Assembly (NCBI GenBank): GCA_047495785.1
Contig: JBLDXI010000019.1
Location: forward strand, 1,426,001-1,490,000
Direction: 5' to 3'
Length of the DNA stretch: 64,000 bases
From: Lepidodermella squamata
Lineage: Eukaryota; Animalia; Gastrotricha
In this document: positions 46,701 through 56,530 of the stretch, in pieces
How the letters are laid out: every line of letters starts with the position of its first letter
Numbering within the stretch: the stretch's first letter is position 1
Notes under the pieces: model-generated
The model's database searches: none
Told to the model about the DNA's origin: nothing
What the model saw: only the letters and a program-made list of their open reading frames with translations
Program-made: the position numbers and the translations under genes

Positions 46701-49700
46701 AATACGGAGGCTCCATGTAGTGAGAAAGTAACGAAATTCGATTCAATGTTATGTTAGCTTTTGAGCCTAGTAATGAAATGTGTCGATGCTTTTGGGGCTT
46801 GTAATGTATAAATCAGGGGATAATTTTCTGGGAATTGTTCGTAAGATTTTGAGCGCTCTCATTTCGCGATAATCATGAAATTTCTCTATTCCCATCCAAC
46901 GCTTGGCTTCTGTGTTCTTGACTTTATGGGCGGGGCCGAAATTTTGGGCAGATGACTCTTAACCATCTGCGAATTTGATTTGTGTCTAAGGTATGTATCC
47001 ACATCCTTACAAACGCGGAGAGGTTCAGGGCGCAAAGCGAAAGCCGTGCCCTTTAAAAACCAAAAAACAAAAAGTAAAAAGATGGACACGTCACGTCCAT
47101 GCTATCCTTTGTGTTATCCGTTGTGGTAACACAATTCGGGGTGTCTTTGTTTTCATTAGGGGTATATTTTACTTCGCAGTTCTCAATCATGGCGCAAATT
47201 AAAAACAGTACGTCCAACTAAAAAATGCGCAATAAAAACACAGAAAAGGAATTAGGAAGTTTAATTGTATAGGCAAATATAGGGAATGGTCTCTCGTATT
47301 AACCTCCTAGCTGCTAGCTTAAACTGCCACAATCTCCGTGCGTTAATGAAGGGATTTTCATTTGGCGCGTTTTAAGAAAGCTTTTGCTATCATTCGCCCC
47401 AGCTCTCGAGCGCTCCTTCCGGTATTACTGCGTGCTGCGTTCCCATCCGCAGTTTTCGCCCAAATTATGAGCCACTGAAATGTGACGTTGTTTTTGGTTA
47501 GTCCGTATGCGAAATATCAAAATAAGGTGCCGTTATTTCTAGTAGTGAAATTTCTTCGGAAAATGTTGATATCAACCAACATAGTTATCATTATTTCAAC
47601 TCATGTCATTTACCTAGTAAAGCGAATGTTGATTGGTCTATTACCTATCGAGCATTCCCGTTTTAAGTAGCCAAAGATGCGTCGTCGCGTTTATTATCGA
47701 AATCTAAAGTTGTTAATTGGCGCTTTCTAGTTGGTTTTGGAAACATTGAGCCAAGGCTAGGATTAGCTGTAATTAGCTATAAAAGGGTGGTTTGAAATTT
47801 CTGCGATAGACAGATTAACCATCTGCGAATTTGATTTGTGTCTAAGGTATGTATCCTCCTCCTACAAAGACTTCGGTCTCAGGGCGCTATAGCGAAAGCC
47901 GCGCTCTTTACAAACTAAACAAATAAAACAAAAAACCAAATCCTTGCATATGTCGCATACGCACGTATTGCGTATATTACCCGTCTGCCATGTTTGATTG
48001 CTCAGAAATATGGATGATATTTTCATTCTGATGAATTATCCGCTATTTCTGCATAAGGCACTTTTGAGAAAACCAATGCAATTTTGAAATGATAAAAACA
48101 TAGCTGGTCTTATTCCGAGTCGCCAACGACATTCCCTATGTGGGCATGCTTAATGAGATTTGAAAAAGGCGATAATTGCCATTAAAAATAAGGTCAATGT
48201 GCTAAATTTCGCTTTTTCGCATAATTACTATGATTTTTCACCATGCAATTTCTTCAGTGTGAGGGAAATCTTTTTGATTAGAAAAAACCGCAGACCAACT
48301 TTGGCCAGTTGAGTTGATTATTCTGAAAAGCTTCTAAAAACCAAAATATTTGTGAAATTCGTTTCATGGCAATAATGGCTGGCCTCGAATGTTCTTCCCT
48401 AAAAATGCCCGGCTCGACTTGACTGGCATGGTAAGATTAACCATCTGCGAATTTGATTTGTGTCTAAGGTATGTATCCACATCCTTATAACGCGGAGAGG
48501 TTCAGGGCGCATAAGCGAAAGCCGTGCCCTTTTAAGAAAAAAAAATAACAAAGCTAGAAAGGTGTAATGTGACAACACTCGTGTGTTGGAGCTTGTCAAA
48601 CTTTTAAAATTGAAGCGAAAGCGCAATATTTAGTTTATATAGTTGATAGGTAGCGCAGTGCCCTGGTAATTGCACCCGTCTGAAATGAATTATTATTCTG
48701 AAAAAGTCGATTCCTGAAAGGCATGTGTTTTTATTATTTCAGGTTAAGAAACTGATGCAGGCGTCGAATGTGCCTGCTGATCTGATGGCTCAGTACGACA
48801 TTCGTCAGCGCGCCTTGAAGCTTACGGCCAATTCGATGTACGGCTGCCTTGGTTTCACGTTCTCGCGCTTCTACGCCCGCCCGCTCGCGTCGCTGATCAC
48901 ATCAAAAGGCCGCGAAATCCTGGCGGCAACTCGAGACTTGGTGACCAACATGGGCCTCGAAGTTATCTACGGCGACACTGATTCAGTCATGGTCAACGCT
49001 AATACTAACAACTTTGACGAGGTCATGAAACTCGGCCAGCGGATTAAAACCGAGGTCAATAAACACTACCGACTACTCGAAATTGAGGTGGACGGCGTTT
49101 TCAAAACAATGCTGCTTCTCAAGAAGAAAAAGTACGCCGCCCTTGCGATTTCTCGCCTACCCGATGGCCAATTCAAGACTAAAGAAGAACTGCGCGGTCT
49201 TGATATCGTTCGTCGAGATTGGTGCCCGCTGTCTCGCCATATCGGTGGCTTTGTAGTCACCCAAATCCTGCAATCTGACAGCATGGAACGCGTTGTTGAA
49301 ACCATCTCGAATAAATTGAATGAAGTCGCGCAACAAATTACAACAGGCGCGATTGAGTTGTCCGAGTTCGCCATAGCCCGTCAGCTGGCTCGCGACCCGG
49401 ACCAGTATGCTGATGCGAAATCGTTGCCACACGTCCTTGTCGCGCAACGGTTGAATAAAGCATCTGGTGGTGGGCGGAAATATCGCGCCGGGGATACGAT
49501 GTTCTACGTGATTTGCGATGATGGCAACGCTTCGGCTAGCCATGTTCAACGCGCCTATCACCCGGATGAACTCACCAAGCCCGATTCGAAGTTGAAGGTT
49601 GATACCAAGTACTATCTGGCTCAGCAAATTCACCCGGTTGTTTCGCGTCTATGCGAGCCGATTCCTGGCCTTGACTCAGCGCGCATTGCCGAGTTGTTGG

Positions 49701-52700
49701 GCCTGGACCCGGCTGCTTACCGGCGGCAATTGGGACACAGCTCGGGCGGCGGTGGTGGCTCCAGCGAGTTGGCGGATGGTCTGCTGGCTCAGTTCAGCCA
49801 GTTGACGTCGAATGAAACTCGTTTTGCTAACTGTGAAAAGTTCCACATTCCGTGCCCGAAATGTTCCGTCGAAGTCAACGTAAGTGACTCTTTTATGTGT
49901 ACTTGTAACAAAGTATCAGAAATTAGAACTACCTGGGACGAGCAGATTATTTGAACATTTGCCAAAATTCTCGTGAAATTTGTCTCTTGCCGCCAATGGC
50001 TGGGATTGACTGTTCTCAACTGAAAATGCCCGGTTTGAGGTTAGTAGCAAGTGAAATTTAACCATCTGCGAATTTGATTTGTGTCTAAGGTATGTATCCT
50101 CCTCCTACAAAGACTTCGGTCTCAGGGCGCTATAGCGAAAGCCGCGCTCTTTAAAAACCAAACAAATAAAGCAAATAAGTAGTTATGTACTTGCGTTTAG
50201 AGTCATTCAATTCACGACACATGAATTGTCTGTCTGCCTGTCACATTGGCGTTAGAAGTGGCCTTTGCTCTGTCGAAATGTGTATCTTACCGAATAATAG
50301 GTCTGATTCCATGCAGCAGACTAATGAGCTGGTTAAATTTTTCTGGTAAACGGAATGGCTTGAGATTGTGAGGCCTAGCTTGTCGACTGAGGGGTTGATT
50401 AGGATGGTTGTGCTTGTGTCATTTCTAGCACCGCTAAGAGACAATGCCTTTCGAGGGCGATTTACGAATGGAATACGATTTATTTTATTTAAGATGAATG
50501 AAACGTGAAAGGAAGTGAATAACTAAGAATAGTGGAGATAAATTTAGTTGAAATACCTATCTAGCGCCATAACTAGTGTCGTTTATCAAATTGTGGATTT
50601 CGACGACGCAATGTCCACAATTCAATGTCTTTTTGCCTGATCAACTGCTCGCACGCCCTGGTCTTTGTGACGACAATACTGAAATTGGACGAAAAAGGAG
50701 GTATTCCCATGCATCTGATTTCCTTGAACATTTGCGTGGCGCCACCGGGTAGTCTTCTGGCGTGAAGGCTTTGTAACCCCACACCCGAGCGACGAAAACG
50801 ATTTCGGGCAATAGTAGGGACTTTGACGAAATGAAGGCTCAAAAACGCCCTGACAAAAATGACCTATATTAAAAATAAGTAGTAGTGATAATGAGGATAA
50901 CTAAACCACTGAATAGCAGATTTGGATACCCGGCTGAAAAGTAGACGGCTTTTATCGTCACGCCGCTGATCGCCAAAACGGGAGTCGAATTCAATCTTTG
51001 ACAGAAAATCGCTCACAAGTTTCGTCTCGGGTTCCTGGACGCCAAACTCGACTGTATTTTCGACAATAACTGGTGGCCCACCTGAGGCATTGGTCAGATT
51101 CGAGCAAAAACATGAAAGAAAGGCTTTCATGTAGCATAGATTCACCAAGCTGTCAGCATAGTAAGCGGGATCAGACGGCGAACAGCGCCATATTGGTGCA
51201 CTAGGTCTCGTGATGAAGAATTTATCCGGAGAATTCGATTAATTTGACGTGAAAGAAGGGGGCGAACTTTTCGGGTATTACCAAATCACCGATTGTCACA
51301 ATCGTACGTTTCAAAAATTCCGCACGATGCGCTTCAGTGGCGAATTCGACAGCCATTTGCCGATCAGCACCATGAAAGGTTTCCAAATAAATTGTTGGCC
51401 AAGGGTAAGCTGCTTTCAAATCAGCTAGCGTGACACCAATGGGAATCTGCACGGCGAAGCAAATCCGAAAATCGATTATATCGGCGCGAACGATTGCATT
51501 TCGCTGTAAATTCAGCATTTTGCTCGCTCCAATCCGATCTATTACTACGTCTTGTCCTTCGAAATTAACTGTGTGTCCCACCTTACTGACAAACTCCGCA
51601 GCTTTTGCAGAAGACTCGAATTCAAGTATGGCTACTTTCCGCGTAGATGCCGATGTTTGCGCGAAAGTACTGTTGATAATTGGCTGTTGCCAACCAACCC
51701 TCTCCAGAGAAGCCAGAATTTCATCTTGCTCAACGTTTACAACGTCCTCAGCTCAACGTTGTTCATAGAGACTAAGCGTTCAGAATCCGCATTGGCCCTA
51801 GTTAGCCCTGGCTGTGTTGCAATGACTTTATTAGCAACTGCTAATCTTGACAAGTCCCGCAAAGGAAGCAGGTTTTCATATGCATCTTGTGTGCGGCAGG
51901 CAGCAATATCACTTTGAGTGAAAACTTTGAACTCGCCAGGCTCTTTCGATCGAAGAGATAACCATTTGAGCCAGGCTCACCCTTTTAGTATTCGGCAGAG
52001 TAACGAAGCTGAGGGACTGAAACGAAGCAGCGTCGATTTCACTTTCGAACACGACACTAACGCGGTAGTCGGCATCTGGCCTTGTACTAGCTGCGAATTC
52101 TAACTATGAATTTTCCTAGAATTCAGCACGGCCCCTCAGCGCGATCGCTACACAGTAAATACAAGAAAACATAGTTTATAAATTATAGGAGAGTTCATTT
52201 CATTGAAATAACTAAAACAGCGCGTCGTTATTCAACAACGCGGATTTTGACGACGCTCAAAAGTCAACGCCTCCTTTCTTGTTGCTCTGGTAGACTGGTC
52301 CTTGAAGCCGTAAATTTGACCGACAATGTTTACATTGATCTCGCGCTCGGTTGCGTTATTCTTCGGTCGGAAAACGAATTCGTCGCTATACCGGGCGTTT
52401 TGGATGATCGATAGCTCACCTCAACTGAGAGCTGCTTCTGTGCGAAAAATTCGATCATGGGCTTTATCTGGGTAACCATTCGAACAGGCAAAGCCGTCGA
52501 CACGCGGTAAAATGGCCACAACGTTACGATGCTCGCTGTTGAAGCCACAAAACATAATTATCGGCCGTCCTAATATTTTCGTCGACGGGTAGAAAAGAAA
52601 CGGAATCTTCACTTCTTTCAAAATGTCGCCGATAAATTCGGTCAAGTTTTCACTGTTGAAGCATGGATTCGGCTTCGGCGCCTAAGGTGACTGAAGCAGC

Positions 52701-53630
52701 GTGTCGAACACATGCGTTGCGAGCGACATTCTGAGTATGAATATTAAAAAATAAATGAAAAATAAGAATCATAAGTTGATTGAAGAACTAAATCGGGGAT
52801 TGGAAACGCTAATTTGAAGGGCGAGCATAAACAAGTTTCGGCTTGCTGATGACTGAAGATCAGGCCGGGAAGGTGAATTCAGAATTTGAATTACCCAAAC
52901 ATCACTTTTGTGGCTCGCAAGGTAGAATCTTCGAAATTTTCGAATTTTCTAATCACTATAATCTGATGTTCGTAACTTGGGAGCATGCCCTATTTTTTAT
53001 TTAAGCACTTGAATTATATTGACTACGAGAAAATTCTATTTTTCTCATTTAGATTGACCGCGTCTACGTGGCCGACACCGTTGGCTACTTTTCGCTAGTC
53101 AAATGCCCGCACTGCTCGACTGATTTCCCTGACGAATGGCTTCAAGGCAAAGCTTTGGAAGACGCCTTGAAATCTCAGATCGCGCAACAAATCTCTCGCT
53201 ACTACGCCGGCTGGTATATGTGCGAGGAACTCGCATGTGGTTTCAGGTAATTTTTTTTTTAAATTATTAAGCTGGATTTTTTTTATTTGTTTTAAATTAT
53301 ATTCCTGATTTTAGGACTACTCGCCTATCCGCTCGTCTCTATCACGGCCAGCCGTTGTGCCCGGCCTGCGAAAAAGCTCCCCTTGTCGCTGAGTATTCCG
53401 AACGCCAACTTTACGAACAACTCTTGTCCTACAAAATGGCATTCGACGTGCCAAGAGCTGGGAAAGCTGTCCCGGCTGACAAGTTGAAGCACACCGCAGC
53501 TACTGCTTACGACGTTCTCGCTAAAATCGCTCAAGACTACCTGAACCAAAGCTCCTACGCCACGGTCTCACTCGGCAGCATTTTCTCGGTTTGCCTGCCA
53601 AAACGCAAAACTGCCGCTATCTCAGTTTGA
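43704..53630 (+). CDS. POLA1: DNA polymerase alpha catalytic subunit, 5 exons (43704-45676, 45726-46662, 48743-49879, 53053-53246, 53315-53630)
   Basis: N-terminal DDWVVDDG-GYADDGRE, YWYDAYED, DFNSLYPSIIQEFNICFTT, KLTANSMYGCLG, YGDTDS, KKKKYA, RGLDIVRRDWC and two C-terminal Cys4 zinc modules. All junctions are GT-AG and in frame. Confidence 0.97.
46896..46923 (+). promoter_or_regulatory. PSE-like snRNA-type promoter element of copy 1
   Basis: CCAACGCTTGG...TGTTCTTGACT; TGTTCT starts at -48 from AACC. Confidence 0.5.
46961..47052 (+). ncRNA. Putative spliced-leader (SL) RNA gene, copy 1 (type A); leader 46961-46990
   Basis: The first 40 nt are identical in all four copies. Donor AAG|GTATGT lies in hairpin GAU-U-UGUGUC/UAA/GGUAUG-U-AUC. 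The 3' hairpin AGGGCGC...GUGCCCU has a GC-GAAA-GC cap. Conserved upstream element and A-rich 3' box. Confidence 0.7.
47750..47778 (+). promoter_or_regulatory. PSE-like element of copy 2
   Basis: GCCAAGGCTAGGATTAGCTGTAATTAGCT aligns to the copy-4 element; TGT at -49. Confidence 0.5.
47817..47907 (+). ncRNA. Putative SL RNA gene, copy 2 (type B); leader 47817-47846
   Basis: Same leader and donor; AGAC-UUCG-GUCU tetraloop hairpin; 3' hairpin AGGGCGC...GCGCUCU. Identical to copy 4 over the whole unit while the flanks diverge. Confidence 0.7.
48371..48412 (+). promoter_or_regulatory. PSE-like element of copy 3
   Basis: AATGGCTGG...TGTTCT...AAAATGCCCGG; TGTTCT at -49, the same register as copy 4. 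Confidence 0.55.
48439..48530 (+). ncRNA. Putative SL RNA gene, copy 3 (type A); leader 48439-48468
   Basis: Same leader and donor; differs from copy 1 at only two small sites (TTACAAAC vs TTATAAC; GCAAAGC vs GCATAAGC). Confidence 0.7.
49992..50033 (+). promoter_or_regulatory. PSE-like element of copy 4
   Basis: GCCAATGGCTGGGATTGACTGTTCTCAACTGAAAATGCCCGG; TGTTCT at -49. Confidence 0.55.
50060..50150 (+). ncRNA. Putative SL RNA gene, copy 4 (type B); leader 50060-50089
   Basis: Identical to copy 2; lies in POLA1 intron 3. Confidence 0.7.
50573..52729 (-). pseudogene. Decayed coding-like sequence nested antisense in POLA1 intron 3, with possible RRM-like repeats
   Basis: Acceptor plus ATG at 52732/52729; the frame is broken by TAG (52682-52684) and TGA (52421-52423). 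Downstream fragments VVFESEIDAASF, ILEFESSAKAAEFV and AVEFATEAHRAEFL resemble RRM beta3-alpha2 motifs. An intron-like AT-rich segment lies at ~50865-50929. Confidence 0.4.
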
Positions 53631-56530
53631 ACTGCCATTTTACCATTATCGATTTGATCGCAATACTATCTGTTCTTCTTATTACCTATTTCATCGCTGT
53701 TAGTGCGTAATTTTTTCGCTGTTTAACCTATCTGGAATAAAAACCGGCATTTTTTAGAAATTGTTCTTTCATTACTACTACAGGGTTGTAGTTGTGTTTT
53801 CTTTATCATTTCTAGGCGTACTGTGTTATTTTCGTAAGATAATCGAAGATAAATAACAACAGAATGGTCGCTGCACTTGAGCGCAAATAACAAATCATCG
53901 CGCGATTTTTGCGCGTGTTTATTATCAGTAGTAGTCAGCGGCAGTTGTAGTCGGCAGCGGCTTGTGCGACGAACATGGACGAACCTATTAATCCATTGCG
54001 CACGACACCAATGACACAACGTGTAAACACACGGCGTGTTAAAATTCCACCATATATACAGCCGCTTCGATCGCGCCGATCGATTAACGAGCGAGAGAGA
54101 CCAGGCGCGTCTTAAGATACAAGGACGCATCATTATTTTATATAATATCGCATTATTGGTCTCTTGGTCTATAATAATCAAGTGGTTGATTGTGGCGAAT
54201 TCGCCACGTGCGGTGAAAAAGCAAAAGGCAAGTCGTTTTGCATCGCGTAGAAAGAATAAAGAGACAGCGCGTCCAATTATGTGACACTTCACGCCTCTAG
54301 TCGACGTTTTTATCGCTGCACTTAGAAAAAACGTTAGATCTCCGCCACAAGGGAATTTTTTCGGGTTGGTAAACACATCTGTCTCACGGGATTTTTTTCG
54401 GCCAGATGCAAACAATTCGCATTTTTTCTCCAGACGATACCTGATTTTTTTCATCGCCACATCTCGCAATGTTGTCGCGTCTATTGTTGTATACTATTTT
54501 GTAAATAAAGCTATTTATCTCTTCAAAAATTGGGGCAAATCCGGGCCGTTTATTGCCTTGAGAGCAACAATGCCATTCGCAGTCGCCGTTCTGATTACTT
54601 GCTATAAACGATCTAGTCATCACTCCAGCCGAGCGAAGTGTTTGTTAGGCCGCGGAAATTCGCTTGTATATATCGGCTATTGAAGTTGCGCGTTGATCGC
54701 CGCGGTCGCGCGTGATCAATTTGAGAGCGGCACATGAAAATCTCGGCCCCACTTTGCGATGACAACTAGAGCGCGTGCTCACTCGATTATTTTGGCTCTG
54801 TAATGGCGATAATAATAATAATTGGTATCGTTCCGGCCGATGAACCGCCCGGCGCCGCAATCTCATCATCTTCATCGTCGTTATATTGTCATCATCACCG
54901 CAAGTTTTGAGCGCGGCAAAAGTGCGCCAGACGCGCCTTTTCTCCTCCTCCTATGACCAGCTCTTGTTTGCGCGAGTGGTGTCGCTTAATCAAGTCATTT
55001 TTCATAAACAGCTACAATTCTACTATAGACGCTAACCAAACACTTACGCCTTGGATGCTCCATTATATCTATCATTTTAGGTAGAAATATTATTATTATT
55101 ATTACTATATTATATGTTGCTAGATTTAAATCATCGCGCATTTCTTTCATTTAGAAAGCAAATATCCCGTTCTGTCCACAAAAAGCCATAATTACAAAAG
55201 TCATGCCATTAGGCGATTCCTTTCACTGTTCATCCGTGTAGTTTTCTTATTCCATCATTTTCGCTACATTTTTTACGTGCTAAAATATATTAAGCCGGTA
55301 CTGGGCTACACGCACACAATCTTTTCCAAGCGAGAGAAATTTGATTTGTGATACGGTTTCATTACTACATTCCTCTTGCCCTTGACCATTATCTTCTAAT
55401 TTTTGCTTTTAAATATAACGTACCAGAAAATTTTCGACGACACAACCGCCGGTTTTAGTAGGCAGTACTACACATTTTTTTGAGGCGAATCCAGGCCATC
55501 CGAAATATATACTTAAATCAAAGCAGTTTCTGAGGCACGAAAAGCCCGGCACTTCATGCTTCTTGTTTTTGCTACGTTTTAAGGGCTCATTTTGCAAGGT
55601 ATCCGCGTACCGGGCAGCATACTCGGATACACTCAAAAGCTATGTAATTATAATTAGACCACATAATCGAGTTCATATCGGTAAGATTTTGCGCCCTTTT
55701 ACTTGGTGCATGCGTTTAGGATAAGCTGAAAAGCGATTTTTATTTATAAATTTCGAAGAACTGGTAATCAGTTTCAGTCACTTTGAGTTTTTTATTGCTA
55801 TTTATCGTTTTTTTGCTCTTACTCGTGTAATACACGGCGCATATAAATTTTTTATTTGACAACGTATCAACGTGCAATTGCGATTAACACACGAAAAATC
55901 GGCCCGTAATTTGCCGTACGTTTTTTGGCTCCTCCAACTATGTCAATATAGTGAACAAACACCTATACAACCCACTCGCTTATACGCGGCATTGTACCCA
56001 TTTTTCGATAATCTACGTAGGGTTCTAGGATTCATTCACTCATTGTGAATTGAAATCATCGAAAGCTGCACTAGTTTTACGCGATTAATTGTTCTAAAAG
56101 TAAATATATTTATTACGTTTCTCCCGGATTAATTTTCGAGAGAACTAGTTTGCTTGATCGATTGATTGAAACCGGAAGTTGAGAGTAGCCGCCTCAAAAC
56201 ATGGCGCTAGTTAATCAGCGAAAAGACGTCTTCGCACCTTAATGAAAAGGCGCGAAAGCTTCTAAAATTGTCCCTTGTTATAAACTTTTGAATTATACTA
56301 CCGCTTTAACACGGCGTCTACAAACATCCTCAATTAATTTGGGACATTTCTTGGTTTTTTCCCTTGAATTAAATTCTTTTTTTCTTCCTCAGTGCTTTCT
56401 AGGTTTCAACTGGACGGCATAATAAACCGAGCTTGTTGGGTCCCTAGGGGCCACTCTATGTCTCCGTTGTTAGTCATCACCTTCTACATTTGGCGGAGAG
56501 GCAACACGTTTAGCTCCCTAATAATATGAA

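Noticed and set aside
46961-47052. Identity as U4atac (AACCATC start), U7 (AAUUUGUCUAG-like) or antisense U1 (ATACATACCT)
   Set aside because: Only 7-10-nt resemblances; length, structure and Sm position do not fit. The U1-like string is just the complement of a splice donor. An Rfam scan is still advisable.
46961-50150. The 40-nt identical repeats as a CRISPR array
   Set aside because: Eukaryotic context, irregular spacing of 0.6-1.6 kb, conservation extends to ~91 nt, and no cas genes.
46961-50150. The repeats as SINE copies (A-rich tails, GGTTCA resembling a B box)
   Set aside because: No TSDs, no A box, GGTTCA is absent in type B, and an external upstream element is conserved at fixed spacing.
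52222-52423. In-frame TGA plus downstream hairpin as a selenoprotein with SECIS
   Set aside because: No AUGA/GA quartet, and the same frame also contains a TAG.
53723-54469. 248-aa minus-strand ORF
   Set aside because: Non-ATG start, random-looking composition and no motif; probably non-coding.
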